A DNA stretch of 64,000 nucleotides from Eledone cirrhosa (Eukaryota), in the NCBI GenBank assembly GCA_964016885.1, contig OZ024754.1, positions 44,640,001 to 44,704,000 on the forward strand, given 5' to 3'. The position numbers were made by a program, and so were the translations under genes. The notes under the pieces were generated by a model that saw only the letters and a program-made list of their open reading frames with translations, had not been told where the DNA came from and did not search any database. Shown here piece after piece: positions 24,240 through 38,623 of the stretch (position 1 is the first letter of the stretch; each line of letters opens with the position of its first letter).

Positions 24240-25371
24240 TTCCATTAGGCTGACCGTTACTCCAAGAGGGGAATCTCTTCATTCTACTGCTGCTACTACT
24301 ACTACTATTTTGTTTTGTAAATCTTTAGCTCCCACCCCTTTACAACCTCTATCCCTTTGCCCATCAATTTCTTATATTTTGCCATATTTTTTGGTCTGTA
24401 TGATATTTTTTTTAATTACTATTTTCATGAAGGTGGGTGGGGACAATGAAAATTCGGCAAATTATATATGTATATATACATATATACACACATACATATA
24501 TACAGGCATTCATAAATACACACATACATATATACACACATACATATATACAGGCATCCATATAAACACACATAAACACATACATATATACATGCATACT
24601 TATAAACACACATACATATACACAGGCATACACACACACACCCACACATATACAGATACATACATATATACACAAATACATATATATACACATACATATA
24701 TACACGCATACACACACACCCACACAAATATACGGATACATACATACACACATACATTCATTCATACATACATACATACATACACATACATACATACATG
24801 CATACTTACTCATACATACACATACATATACGCACATACATACACACATAGATACATATATACATGCACGCATTCATACATACACATTCACACTCACCGA
24901 CACATACACACATACATCTACACTGGCATACACTTACATACATATACACACACGCACACATACATACATACACATTCACACGCAGACACACATGCATACA
25001 CTCAAACATGCATTCACACACACACATACATACATGCACAAACACTTATATGCATATATACACATACATACATACACATACATACATACATACATACATA
25101 CATACATACATACATACACACATACACAGCAATAGTCCTGAAGAAAGACAATTTTCTGTTGCTATGGAAACACCAGCTTGTAGGGGTGGGTGGGTGGGGT
25201 GAAGTGTTGAGTCTCACTTTCATAATTTCATAAAGGGGAATAACTTTAGTAATAATAATAATGGTTTATTTTTAGAAAAGGACACTAAAAGATATATGGG
25301 GTGGTTCTCTTATTTTTTAAAACAAGAGTTTTTTAAGGCGGTATTGTTACAAATATTAGTGTTTACTTGTC

Positions 25372-25822
25372 TATAGAAATAACAATTCTTGGTGATACTT
25401 TTGTATAAGACACTAGGTTATAGAAATAACAAGCCTTGGTGATACTTTTGTATAAGACACTAGTTTATAGAAATAACAATTCTTGGTGATACTTTTGTAT
25501 AAGACACTAGTTTATAGAAATAACAATTCTTGGTGATATTTTTGTATAAGACACTAGGTTATAGAAATAACAAGCCTTGGTGATACTTTTGTATAAGACA
25601 CTAGTTTATAGAAATAACAATTCTTGGTGATACTTTTGTATAAGACACTAGGTTATAGAAATAACAAGCCTTGGTGATACTTTTGTATAAGACACTAGTT
25701 TATAGAAATAACAATTCTTGGTGATACTTTTGTATAAGACACTAGGTTATAGAAATAACAAGCCTTGGTGATACTTTTGTATAAGACACTAGTTTATAGA
25801 AATAACAAGTCTTGGTGATACT
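25372..25822. repeat. 47-bp minisatellite with A/B dimer structure
   Basis: TATAGAAATAACAA(TT/GC)CTTGGTGATACTTTTGTATAAGACACTAG(G/T)T, about 9.5 units. Confidence 0.93.
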
Positions 25823-26886
25823 TTCATTTAAAAGATACGCTAGTTCTTAGAAACCCCCTTACAAGTCATTTTTGGTGATATTTTTAATATAAAAGACACA
25901 GTAGGTCAAAGAAATCACACATTTTTACAAAGATCACATATATTTTCCCAAAGAACACAGTAACTCTTTAGGTAGAAATATATTTAATTTTCAGAGAAGT
26001 TTTCAACAGTCATATAGTTTTAGCTGGTATTTCTATTTTTAAAAATATACACCAATCTGTAAAAGTGACAGTTTTATAAAGGAGACACATTTTTAAGTAG
26101 AGGAACACTTTTATTATTTCTTTATTAGCCAATTCAGCCCTTAATATAGGGGACAATTTTTGTATTGTCCGCTATATGTAGGCCCTAGTGGCCAATAAAG
26201 AAAGCATTACCAATTATTATTAATATCAAGAGTGGTGGATTAGCATAGAGTTATAGCCCTCTACATTCTGAGTTCAAATCCCGCCGAGGTCTACTTTGCC
26301 TTTCATCCTTACAGGGTCGATAAAATAAAGTACCAGTAATTCACTGGGGTCGATTTAATTGACTTTCCCTTCCCCACAAATTGTTGGCCTTGTGCCTAAA
26401 TTAGACATTATTATTATTATTATTATTATTATCAACCCCATAAGGATGAAAGGCGAGGTTAACTTTGCCTTTCATCCTTACGGGGTTGATAAAATAAAGT
26501 ACCAGTAATGCACTGGGTAATTGCTGGCCTTGTGCCAAAAGTAGAAACAAAGAACGCCATGCTTTGAAGCATAGAGTTACGTCCCTTTATGATCTGAGTT
26601 CAAATCCCGCCTAGGTTAACTTTGCCTTTCTTCCTTACGGGGTTGATAAAATAAAGTACCAGTAATACACTGGGTAATATGCTGGCCTTGTGCCAAAAGT
26701 AGAAACAATTATTATTATTAACAAAATAAGCACTAATCAGTTTTGTAAAGTGTTTTGTTAACAAAGAAGATATTCAATATAAGATGGTAGAATGAGAACA
26801 TTTGACAAATGTTATACCACAATTAGTGACTGACACGTAATGACACATCTGACAGAAGGGAAACACTTTTAACAATGGCAGAGCAC

Positions 26887-26917
<31 letters not shown>

Positions 26918-27293
26918 GTATATATGTATGTATGTCAGGGCATTCTTCTAGGAGAAGGCAACTCAGGAAACTGGGATAACTCCGACATAAAACCTGCGGC
27001 TCAGTAGTTACCGATGATGTTGATCTTTTCTTCTGTTTGGGTTATAGCTACCGTCACTCAGAGAGTGGGATTGGTTCAGTGCACAGTCTTTCTTCACTTT
27101 AAAAAAATCTTTGCGCACAGGCATTGCATGATGGAATTAATTAATAATTACTAATAATGGTATATCGTGCAATGGCCATACTCGATAACGAGGGGGCAGC
27201 AATCATGTATGTATGTATGCAAAAAGTAATTGGGAACAACATAGTACAATGAAGAAATATATTAGTTTAGCGCTTTATATAGTAGGAAAAGAG

Positions 27294-27329
27294 TCTCTAC
27301 GTTTCAGACACTAGTCCTTCATCAGAAGA
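27294..27329 (-). ncRNA. minimal hammerhead motif; decayed paralog at 38740-38775
   Basis: TCTT-CTGATGA-A-GGAC TAGT GTCT-GAAACGTA-GAGA; palindromic ACGT replaces stem III. Confidence 0.62.
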
Positions 27330-30235
27330 TAGAATGAGAAATAAAAGACAAATTAGAAAGATAAAGAGGGAGAAATACATACATATATATATTTATACAT
27401 ACACACACTGGGAACATAAATCTGGTATTTGGGGCAATTTACAAAGAAACAATAATGACACATGAAGGCAGTGTGTTGGGCAGGGGGTTACAAATTTGGG
27501 GGTAACTGAGCCCCTTTTTATTTAAACCACACAAACACACATATATATATATATGGCAAAACATCTGACACGTTTAATTAAATGAGAAATATTATTTGAT
27601 TGAAGAAATTAATTATAATGATTTGATTATAATTATAATAATAATTATGATGATAATTATGATGATAAAGATTTCTTTATTTTCCACAAGTGTGACGGAT
27701 GAGGGAGGTGGGGCTGGAGTATTAAAAGACAATTTTCCAAAATGGTGCCAGCAGCGCTTTATTGAAAATCATTTATGGAACAAAAACAAAAGACACACAT
27801 GATAAAAGTAGAAAATAAATCTGCAATGCATTGCTCATTTTCTGATAACAGATATATCTAAGAAATGGATGTACATCACACAGTCTCACTTAAAATATTG
27901 TGCTTGTCGTCCTTATCTAAGAAGAAAAAAAATCATACATAAATTTTATAGGAGAGTTCATAGACTTTAACCCTTTAGCATTTACGTTACTCTATATCAA
28001 CCCCGTAAGGATGAAAGGCAAAGTTAACCTCGGTGGGATTTGAACTCAGACCATAAAGAGCCTTTGCAGCAAAGAGTTACGACCCTTTATGGTCTGAGTT
28101 CAAATCCCGCTGAGGTTAACTTTGCCTTTCATCCTTACGGGGTCGATAAAATAAAGTACCAGTAATACACTGGGATAATTGCTGGCCTTGTGCCAAAAGT
28201 AGAAACAATTACTCTATATTTACTATTGTATTCTTGTGGTAAAGGCTTTATCTCCATAATTATCTCACATGATATCAAATCTATGAGATTTTGATATTAT
28301 TTCTTTTGAGAACAATACCTTAATATCAGTATGAATGGCCAGTTACGGCTGGTTTGAATAGAGAGAGGTGAGAGTTGAAATGCTAAAGGGTTAAAAAGTG
28401 GAGTTTCTGTGAGGTATGATGAATCTAACCAGTTATTTCCACTTCCAGATTTTCTAGATATATATTAAGATCTTCAAGTTTCCTTTCAATGTATTTAATT
28501 TTTTTTTTTTCGTTTTTTTCCATGTTGTTTATGCACTCACACACATACACATGTACACACATACACATGTACACACATACACATGTACACACATACACAT
28601 GTACACACATACATATACACATATATGTGCATACATACATATACACATACACATGTACACACATACACATACACATGTACACACATACATATACACATAT
28701 ATGTGCATACATATACACATACACATGTACACACATACACATACACATGTACGCACATACATATACACATATATGTGCATACATATACACATACACATGT
28801 ACGCACATACATATACACATATATGTGCATACATACATGCACATACACATGTACACACATACATATACACATATATGTACATACATATACACATACACAT
28901 GTACACACATACATATACACATATATGTACATACATATACACATACACATGTACACACATACATATACACATATATGTGCATACATACATGCACATACAT
29001 CTGATAGCACCGCATTACCATCATCACCACACTTTCAATTCTGCGACCACCATCCTCATCATCATCATCATTACCACACACACACACACTCTCCTCTCCC
29101 TCCCCTCCCCTCTCTCTCTCTCCAAGGAATACTGATCCATGATTTGAACCCCACCCACCACCTACTAGAGGTATTTAGTTGTCTGTGGGTAAGTAGGGTC
29201 CAAGTTCTGTTTACCCTAGTCTTCTAGTAGTGCAGGAGTCAGGGCAGAAAGTTACTCCTAAAAGACGAGCATTCTATACAAGGAAGAGCATAGGGAGAGT
29301 TCTCTCTCTCACCACCCTCTCTCTCTCACCACCCTCTCTCTCTCACCACCCTCTCTCTCTTTCTCCTCTCTCTTACCACCCTCTCTCTCTCACCACCCTC
29401 TCTCTCTCACCACCCTCTCTCTCTCACCACCCTCTCTCTCTCACCACCCTCTCTCACCACCCTCTCTCTTAACACTACAGAAACTAGGGTTAAGCAAAGC
29501 ATCAGTTAGTTTTTATGAATCCTGTAGGTATTTGGGGGGGGGGGGGGTCCTTTTTAAATATCTTCACCCCCACCCCACCCCCACCCACACACATGTGGTT
29601 TTGGGGGAATCCTTGTGACCCATGCTGACCTAAACCTAATGAAAGAAAAGGGACTATAGAGCGGGAAGACCTTTATTAAGAGCCCTCTCTATGCATCCAT
29701 CCATCTATCCATCCATTAAAAACCCTGCAAAAATCCCTGTTAGTGTTTGTTACATGCTACTGTAATTCTGAAGTTTACGACCATGTGTGTGTAATAAGAA
29801 TGTAAACCACAAACTGGATTTAGAACTCTATACTTTTAAAAGCAGAATATTTGATATTTATAGAATTGCTTACTCATTTGTTTCATTTAAAGTTTGAAAT
29901 CTTCAGAGCATAAAAAAAAATACTATTATAAAGTTACATATATATTGTGTGTAGTATTTGGTGATAAAGATGAAAGTAAAAGGGAAAAGAGAGAGAGAAG
30001 GAATGAGACTTTGAAAAATGGAGTAAGATGTAAAATTATGAGCTCTATTTTAGGATATAGTCATCATCATTATTACCATTTTAGTCCATTTCCCACACTA
30101 GCATGGGTTAGACAAGTCCTGTTGTGGGCAATGCTTGGTCAGGTGACCAGGTCTTGTTCATACAGAACTGATTTGGGCCTGGTTTCTACAGCCTGGATAC
30201 CCTTCTTAACACCAACCTCATTTACAATAAGTATT

Positions 30236-30552
30236 GGGTGCTTTTTGTCATGACACCTACATGACCACTTTACAGTGTGGACTGGGTGCTTTTTTGTCGT
30301 GTTACCTACATGACCACTTTACAGTGTGGACTGGGTGCTTTTTGTCGTGACACCTACATGACCACTTTACAGTGTGGACTGGGTGCTTTTTGTTGTGACA
30401 CCTACATGACCACTTTACAGTGTGGACTGGGTGCTTTTTGTTGTGACACCTACATGACCACTTTACAGTGTGGACTGGGTGCTTTTTGTCGTGACACCTA
30501 CATGACCACTTTACAGTGTGGACTGGGTGCTTTTTGTCATGACACCTACATG
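30236..30552. repeat. 48-bp SINE-derived tandem repeat (related array at 19363-19640)
   Basis: GGGTGCTTTTTGTCGTGACACCTACATGACCACTTTACAGTGTGGACT, about 6.5 units. Confidence 0.9.
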
Positions 30553-31859
30553 GCATTTAAACAGTATATACACACATACGCATATATATATATATATATA
30601 TAATTGACAAGGGAAGTAGCCTATATTTGTTTCAAGGGGTTAATATTTGTATAATGAGGAGGAGGAAGTGGATTATAGTTATGTTAACAGCCTGTAGGTG
30701 AATATATTTTGAAAGCTTGAGTTTAAGTTAGACAAAAAAAAATAAGTTATACAGTTTGAGATAAATTAAAGTTATAGAATATTAGACTTAGTTTAACCTT
30801 TTAGCATTTACATTACTCTGCTATATTCTTTTCACAGTAAACGCTTTATCTCACATAATATCGAATCTACAAAATGTTGATGATGCTATTATTTATTTTG
30901 AGAACAAAACCTTAACGTTGGTATGAGTGGCTAGTTATGGCCAGTTTAAACGGAAAGAGGTGAGAGAATCCTGGCCAGTTATGGCCAGTTTAAATGCTAA
31001 AGGGTTAAACAATAAGAAATTATTTATGTATAGATACATTTGATTGCAATTCCCTCCAATTTACAACTTGGTTATACATATTTCTCCATAGCTCTTTATA
31101 TCATCATCATCATCACCATTTGACAGATATTTTCCAAGCTTGAAAGGGATAGTCTGTCATGTTCTGTAACTAGATAGGTTATGTGACCTCATTTTGTTGA
31201 TACACACTGTTTTCGGCTGGGTTTCTCTTCCCAATGCCAACCATTTTACAGAGTGGACTGTGTATTTTATCGTGATGCCAGCATTAAAGTCTTATGAGAT
31301 GGACTGGGTGTTTTCCATCGTGGCACCAGCTCTACCACCTTGCAGAGTACACTGGGTGTTTTTCATTATGGCACCCGCACTACCAGCTTGCAGGGTGGAC
31401 TGGGTTTTTTTCATCATGACCCACCCCAAATATAACTCTATTTACATTCATTTATATGTAATTTATGCACACTTATATATTCTTGGTTGTATTTTTAAAT
31501 GTTTACATTCCATTCTCAACTATACCTTTGTTTCCATCACTACTACACCACCACCACTACACCACTACCACATTGCCACACCACCACCACACCCACACCA
31601 CACCACCATACCAACACCACACCACCATACCAACACCACACCACCACAAAAACCATCACCATTTATTATTAAATGGAGATATATTTGGGTAAACTTCAAC
31701 ATATGGTGCTGCTGTTGTTGTATCTATACATGTATGCCAATATTATCAGAGCTGTGATCTCTCAATTTGGAGAACCTACCACAGTATTTTACATACAACA
31801 GAGATATTTTAACTCGGAGTTTGGAAAAATGTCTTTTCCTTACGAAAAAATGTCTTTTC

Positions 31860-32025
31860 CATAACGAAGATCCCATGGATGTTATCCAACCATCTTACTC
31901 GAGCTCTATTCCTGGGTCTCTTGCTGGCTGGTTTTGCCAGTAAAATCTGTTCAGCGATTCTTTCCTGAGACATTCTTACCACGTGTCCATAGTATCAGAA
32001 CTGTGATCTCTCAATTTGGAGAAGT
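31860..32025 (-). mobile_element. RTE-like LINE fragment (related to 43190-43415)
   Basis: minus strand reads approximately IERSQF*YYGHVVRMSQERIAEQILLAKPASKRPRNRARVRWLDNIH. Confidence 0.65.
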
Positions 32026-33639
32026 AGCAACTCTTCCTGGAGTGACTCTCTGATCTCCAAGCTACACATTCTTTCCTCAGACATTCTAACCACTGGAGCT
32101 ATTAAAACCTATTATTTCTAATTCATTACCAAACTAAGGCAGCTTAAAACATTTCAGTAATATTCTTCTGTCATGTGTACGAAAGTTTTCCGTTATTCTG
32201 GCTTATATTCTACAATTAATACGCCTATTATAACTTATTTGTCATCCTAAAGCTTTCAAAATTTATTTACACACAATTTTTAAACTATAAGTTATCTCCC
32301 TCCTCGTTTGTACTTTTAAAATTCAAATATATAACCAATCTGTTTACCTTTAGACATCATTTTAACCTTAACCCTGCATCCTGTATTAAGGGGAGGTCAC
32401 TCTATTGGCGACATAATGTGCCTAGAGTCCCCAGAAGGTTAATATAGAATTTAACAGTTATTCATTTTACATCTTACTCAACCATTCTTCAAACACCTTC
32501 CATATTCTTACTTTATTATAATTTCAACATCTTATAATTAACATAATTAGATAATTTAAAGAAATGATTGGTCTTTGAAATTAATAAAATCAAATTATAA
32601 TGCTGTTACCATAGTAACTAATCCACAGATTGTTGACATAATTTCAATTTAATTTATTTATTTTATATAATTCCATTTTTCATGTTAATCAATTGTTTTT
32701 TTTTGTTCAAACATCTCCCCCCCTCTCCCCCATTGCTTCATACAAGCCTCTGTTTGGTCACTAAACATGCTAGAAATAGCAGCCAAATATCCTTTAGATC
32801 ACACTATACTATCTCAAATAAGTTCATCGATTGTTGTTTTCAAGCATCTCATATAAAACCACCACCATGGAGTCTCTATATGGTCACTAAACATGCTAGA
32901 AATAGCAGCCAAATATCCCTCAGATCACACTCTATCTCAAATATGTTTAATTTTTCTTTACAAAAATCACCACCACCACTACTTCCTTCTTACATACACA
33001 CACATTACAATGGAGCCTCTATATCGTCACTAGACCTGCTAGAAATAACAACCAAATCTCCCTCAGATCACACTCTACTTTCTTAAATAAGGAAAGGACA
33101 CACTGAATAATATAATCCTACACATACCCATAGAGATGCGACGGTCATGGCTGGAATGCCTTTAACTATATGTGTTCACAGTGAGGGTTGACTTGAGGTC
33201 AAGTAACTCTACCACCATCACCACCAACACCTCACCATGGCTCATAACAACAATTAACACTACCGTGACAAACACCACCAACACACCACCATTATCACCC
33301 CTGCTACCACCAATACACCACCAATGCACCACCACCAACAATACACCACCAACAACACCACCACCACCAACAATACACCACCAACAACAACACCACCACC
33401 AACAACAACACCACTACCAATACCCCACAACAACACCACCAACACACCACTACCACCACCAATTAAAGTCCTGTAATGCTCCCTAACCTAGTTGTTTCAA
33501 GACCCATCAGTTCCATGTCACCCTAAGCCATCCTCTCTGTTGTATTGTTACATACATAGAAATATGATAATCCCGCTTAGGGTGAAAGCAGAAATTCATT
33601 GCTTAAACTTTTAATCTGTACTAATAATATATATTTGCT

Positions 33640-33975
33640 CTGTCATTGCTGGTGGTGACATTGTGTTGACACTGTCAGTTGACTGTCATTGCTGGTGGTG
33701 ACAATGTCAGTTGACTGTCATTGCTGGTGGTGACAATGTGTTGACATTGTGTTGACAATGTCAGTTGACTGTCATTGCTAGTGGTGGTAATGTGTTGACA
33801 ATGTCAACTGACTCTCATTACTGGTGGTGGTAATGTGTTGACAATGTCAACTGACTCTCATTACTGGTGGTGGTAATGTGTTGACAATGTCAGTTGACTG
33901 TCATTGCTAGTGGTGACAATGTGTTGACAATGTCAACTGACTCTCATTACTGGTGGTGGTAATGTGTTGACATTG
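33640..33975. repeat. approx. 43-bp minisatellite
   Basis: CTGTCATTGCTGGTGGTGACAATGTGTTGACAATGTCAGTTGA variants. Confidence 0.85.
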
Positions 33976-35981
33976 TTATTTAGATACAATTGTGTGGCTA
34001 TGTTGACAATTATAGTTCCGGCCTTTTACATTAAATATTCTTTTTATTCTTGTTAAAGCTGGTCTGTGACTCTACCAACTACTTTTTCCATGACAAATAC
34101 AAATTATATTACACAATTATATTACCAACAACAATTAACACTGCCACCACTACCAACACACCACCACTACCAACACACCACCACTACCAACACACTACCA
34201 CTACCAACACACCACCACTACCAACACACTACACTACCAACACACCACCAACACACCACCACTACCAACACACCACCAACACACCACCACTACCAACACA
34301 CCACCAACACACCACCACTACCAACACACCACCAACACACCACCACTACCAACACACCACAAACACCACTCTAGGTGCACTATTATGTCATACACTAGTA
34401 AAGTTACTTTTCGTTTAATTTAAGACATATTTTGTAAAGCAATTATAATAAATCAAACTAAAGACTTTTTTCCCATATAAGGTAATATTAAAGAAAAGTC
34501 TGCCTATATTACAAGAGATATGTTGTTTCTAGGATTTCTTGGCCTATAATTATAGGTATATATTATACACACGTCCTGGAGAGGGGTGGGCTCCACCAGG
34601 CTTAAAATACCCAAGAAATGCCGTATGTGACTGCGGTACTCCTATGACTCCATCAGGAGTTACGGGACCATTATACACAAATAAATAGGGTATATTTTTT
34701 ACTCTATTTTTGGAGGAATTGGGGTGGATTTTTCTAGTTTCATTTCATTTTTTCTTGATATGTAATTCACAGAAAATCAATATTTTTTATCGATTTTTTT
34801 TGTTGTTTTTCAAAGCAATTTAATTTTCCACTTATATTGGTTTCTAACTGAAGATAATAGTTCTTCTGTGGTTTGTAATTTATTCTAAGTTGTTTGGCTT
34901 TGGTTTATTAATCTGTAAACAAGTTCTGTTTAGTTTTTGTTTTTAACAATCCTAAAACCTTGCTAAGATAATTTATTGTTATTTTCTTTACTCTTTGTGT
35001 ATTTGTTTTATTTAAGTTTTCTTTTTTATATAATTTAAATTTAATATCAGAATACGTACATAAATTGAATATTAAGTCCTTGTTAAATGTTGAACATGTG
35101 TTTGTGTGTTGTTTGCTAGGGATGAGGAATATCATATATGCCTTGACCCTTTCAATACCAAACCTACTTGAAAGCACCCCTGATTCTATGATACAAAACT
35201 GTTTTTTCAAAGTATTTATATTTATCTAAAAACATTTCATCATAATTATCTAATTACTTTTTATTATGATTCAAACGTCAGCTAAACCCTTTACCATTTA
35301 CATTACTCTATATATACTATTGAATTTCAACAGTAAAGGCTTTTTCTCACATAATATCAAATCTATGAGGTTTTGATATTTATTTTGAGAACAATACTTT
35401 ATCATCAGTATGAGTGGCTGGTCACGGCCAGTTTGAACAGAAAGGGTTCAGAGAATTCTAGCCAGATATGGCCAGTTTAAATGTTGAAGGGTTAATGATG
35501 TGAAGGTTAGTTATTTTACTAAATGTCCCCAAATTATTGATTAGTTTCAAAATATAGGCAGTGTCTTTCAGTAGAAATATGGTAATGGAATGGTTAGTTA
35601 GTTTCAATCAATCATTAGTATCATCATCATCATCATCATCATCCCTACTATTACTACCATCAACCACTATTACGTCTCCCACCAGTACCACTACTACCAC
35701 CACCACTACCACCACCACTACCACCACCACTACCACCACTACCACCACCACTACCACCACCACTACCACCACTACCACCACCACTACCACCATCACTACC
35801 ACCACCACTAACACCACTACCACCACCACCACTACCACTACCCACACCACTACCACCACCACCACAATACCAGTCTAACCATCCTCTATTTATTTCTTGA
35901 TACCACTTAACTTTTTTTAATCAATATTATGGAAGGACAATATACAATAATTGTTCCTTTGCCACCAAACATTCACAGACA

Positions 35982-36014
<33 letters not shown>

Positions 36015-36699
36015 TCACAGACACTCATTCACTCACTCACTCACTCAAACACTCACTCACTCACTCACACACACTCAAATGCACACACTCACTCACACAC
36101 ACGCACACACACGCACACACACACACACACATTCAGACACACACTCACTCACTCACACACACACACTCAACAGCAATAACTACAATAATGGACAAACAGC
36201 TAAGATGAAAAATTTAAAACATTTAATTCTTCCAACACATTTCTACAAGGATGAGAATAAAAATGGTGAAAAACCTTGCTCAAGCTACATTAGTATATAG
36301 ACATGTTTATATATAATCTGAGATTTGACTCAAGGAATTTGTAAAATATTCAAGCAATATCAATGAAAACACATCCCTATATCACCACAATTACTTGTGA
36401 TATATATATAGGAAAATGTTCAAGACCCCGACGGCAGAGCTCAAGCCGTTTTGACAGCCATTTCTGGACCAAGAAATAGCTGTCGAAACGGCTTGAGCTC
36501 TGCCGTCGGGGTCTTGAACCTTTTCCTGTTACCCACTCTACTACCCAAAGTATCGAGTACTCTGGTCCGTTATGGTCCACCTGGTTCCTTACCACACTTC
36601 CTTCGTTATATATATATGTATATATATTTATACACATTTATGTGTGTGTTGATTGTTACTTCTTGTCAGAAGAGTGCCATCCCTTCATTGAGCATTGCA

Positions 36700-36990
36700 C
36701 AGTCAGGGACACACAAGTGACTGTTCAGACCCACTTTTGTTTTGCAGGTACTTGAACTGTCTGTTTCCTGGTAGAACTGGCTGGCGGGGTGTTTTCATGC
36801 ATTTTACCATGTCTGGTGAGACCACCTGCTGGCTTGCAAATGAAGCCACACTCACTGCAAATATGGCGTGGAGTGTGTGGTGGTAGAACCATCTGACAGT
36901 TGGCTTCATTGACCCCTGGCTCGTGTCATTTCAGATGGTTAACAAAACCAGCTTGTGTTAGAAGAAATCGACCATAAATTGCACCTCAAT
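36700..36990 (-). mobile_element. degenerate C2H2 zinc-finger cluster, probably a LINE ORF2 C-terminus
   Basis: HICSECGFICKPAGGLTRHGKMH plus broken fingers (QAGFVNHLK*H, TCKTKVGLNSHL) with stops and frameshifts. Confidence 0.6.
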
Positions 36991-37236
36991 TCTTGCTGAA
37001 TCTTTGCATATATATACACACACATATATATATATACACACACATATACATTCACATGTTCATTCACACATAGTCGTATATATACAATACCCCTGCAATG
37101 CCTTGTCTGCAAAAACGGGTAGCATATATCCTGAAATGTGGCTGTGACTCCCTCAATTTCTCATATTTCAATACAAAAACTTATTGTATAAGAATTATTT
37201 CAAAGAATATAAACATCAATAAATATATATATATAA

Positions 37237-37312
<76 letters not shown>

Positions 37313-37409
37313 GAATTCAGCGAGAATCGCATTTCGGCGGGTAGAAAAAGCGAAACGAAATGCAAAATCAGAGTTATATATAAATATATATATATATTAT
37401 ATATGTATG

Positions 37410-37487
<78 letters not shown>

Positions 37488-37561
37488 TATGTATGTATAT
37501 ATATATATACATATGTATGTATATATATATATATATATGTATGTATATATATATATGTATG

Positions 37562-37610
<49 letters not shown>

Positions 37611-37626
37611 ATATATATATGTATGT

Positions 37627-37667
<41 letters not shown>

Positions 37668-37686
37668 TATGTATATATATGTATGT

Positions 37687-37727
<41 letters not shown>

Positions 37728-37918
37728 TATGTATATATATATATGTATGTATATATATATATATATGTATATATATGTATATATATATATATGTATGTAT
37801 ATATATATATATATGTATATATATGTATATATATATATATGTATGTATATATATATATGTATGTATATATGTATGTATGTATGTATATATATGTATGTAT
37901 ATATGTATGTATGTATGT

Positions 37919-37954
<36 letters not shown>

Positions 37955-38093
37955 GTATGTATATGTATGTATATGTATGTATATATATATATGTATGTGT
38001 ATATATATATATGTATGTATGTATGTATATATGCGTACATTGGAACTCATGGAATTTTCCACATTTTTGTCTCCATCACAAACAGACACACAG

Positions 38094-38127
<34 letters not shown>

Positions 38128-38149
38128 GGTCCGTCTGTCTTTTTCTCTC

Positions 38150-38180
<31 letters not shown>

Positions 38181-38591
38181 TAGTAGTGTCATTGCAATTT
38201 TGTAAAATTAGTTTATTTGAAATTTAAAAATATATATACATACATACACGCACACACATATATCATCATCATCATTTAACGTCCATTTTTTCCAAATTAG
38301 CATGGGTTAGAAGAGTTGTCCTGTTGTGGGCAATGCCAGGTCAGGTGACCATATCTTGCTCATATGGAACTGGTTTTAGCCTGGTTCCTTCAGCTGGATG
38401 CCCTTCCTAGTGCCAACCTCATTTAAAGTGAGTACTGAGTGCTTTTTGTCATGACACCTACATGACCTGTCCTCATGGGAGATGTATGGAAGGGTGGGGT
38501 TAAGGTGGTGCATACTATATATATGCTTCAGTGTGTGTCCATGGGAAGGCAGGTCTTCTGTATTATATATACACACACACACATGTATATA

Positions 38592-38623
<32 letters not shown>

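Noticed and set aside
24148-25233. 361-aa ORF overlapping the last PLC exon
   Set aside because: Different frame from the conserved PLC tail and mostly CA/TA microsatellite
36700-36990. Host C2H2 zinc-finger gene
   Set aside because: Stops and frameshifts between fingers, no TGEKP linkers; better explained as a retroelement remnant
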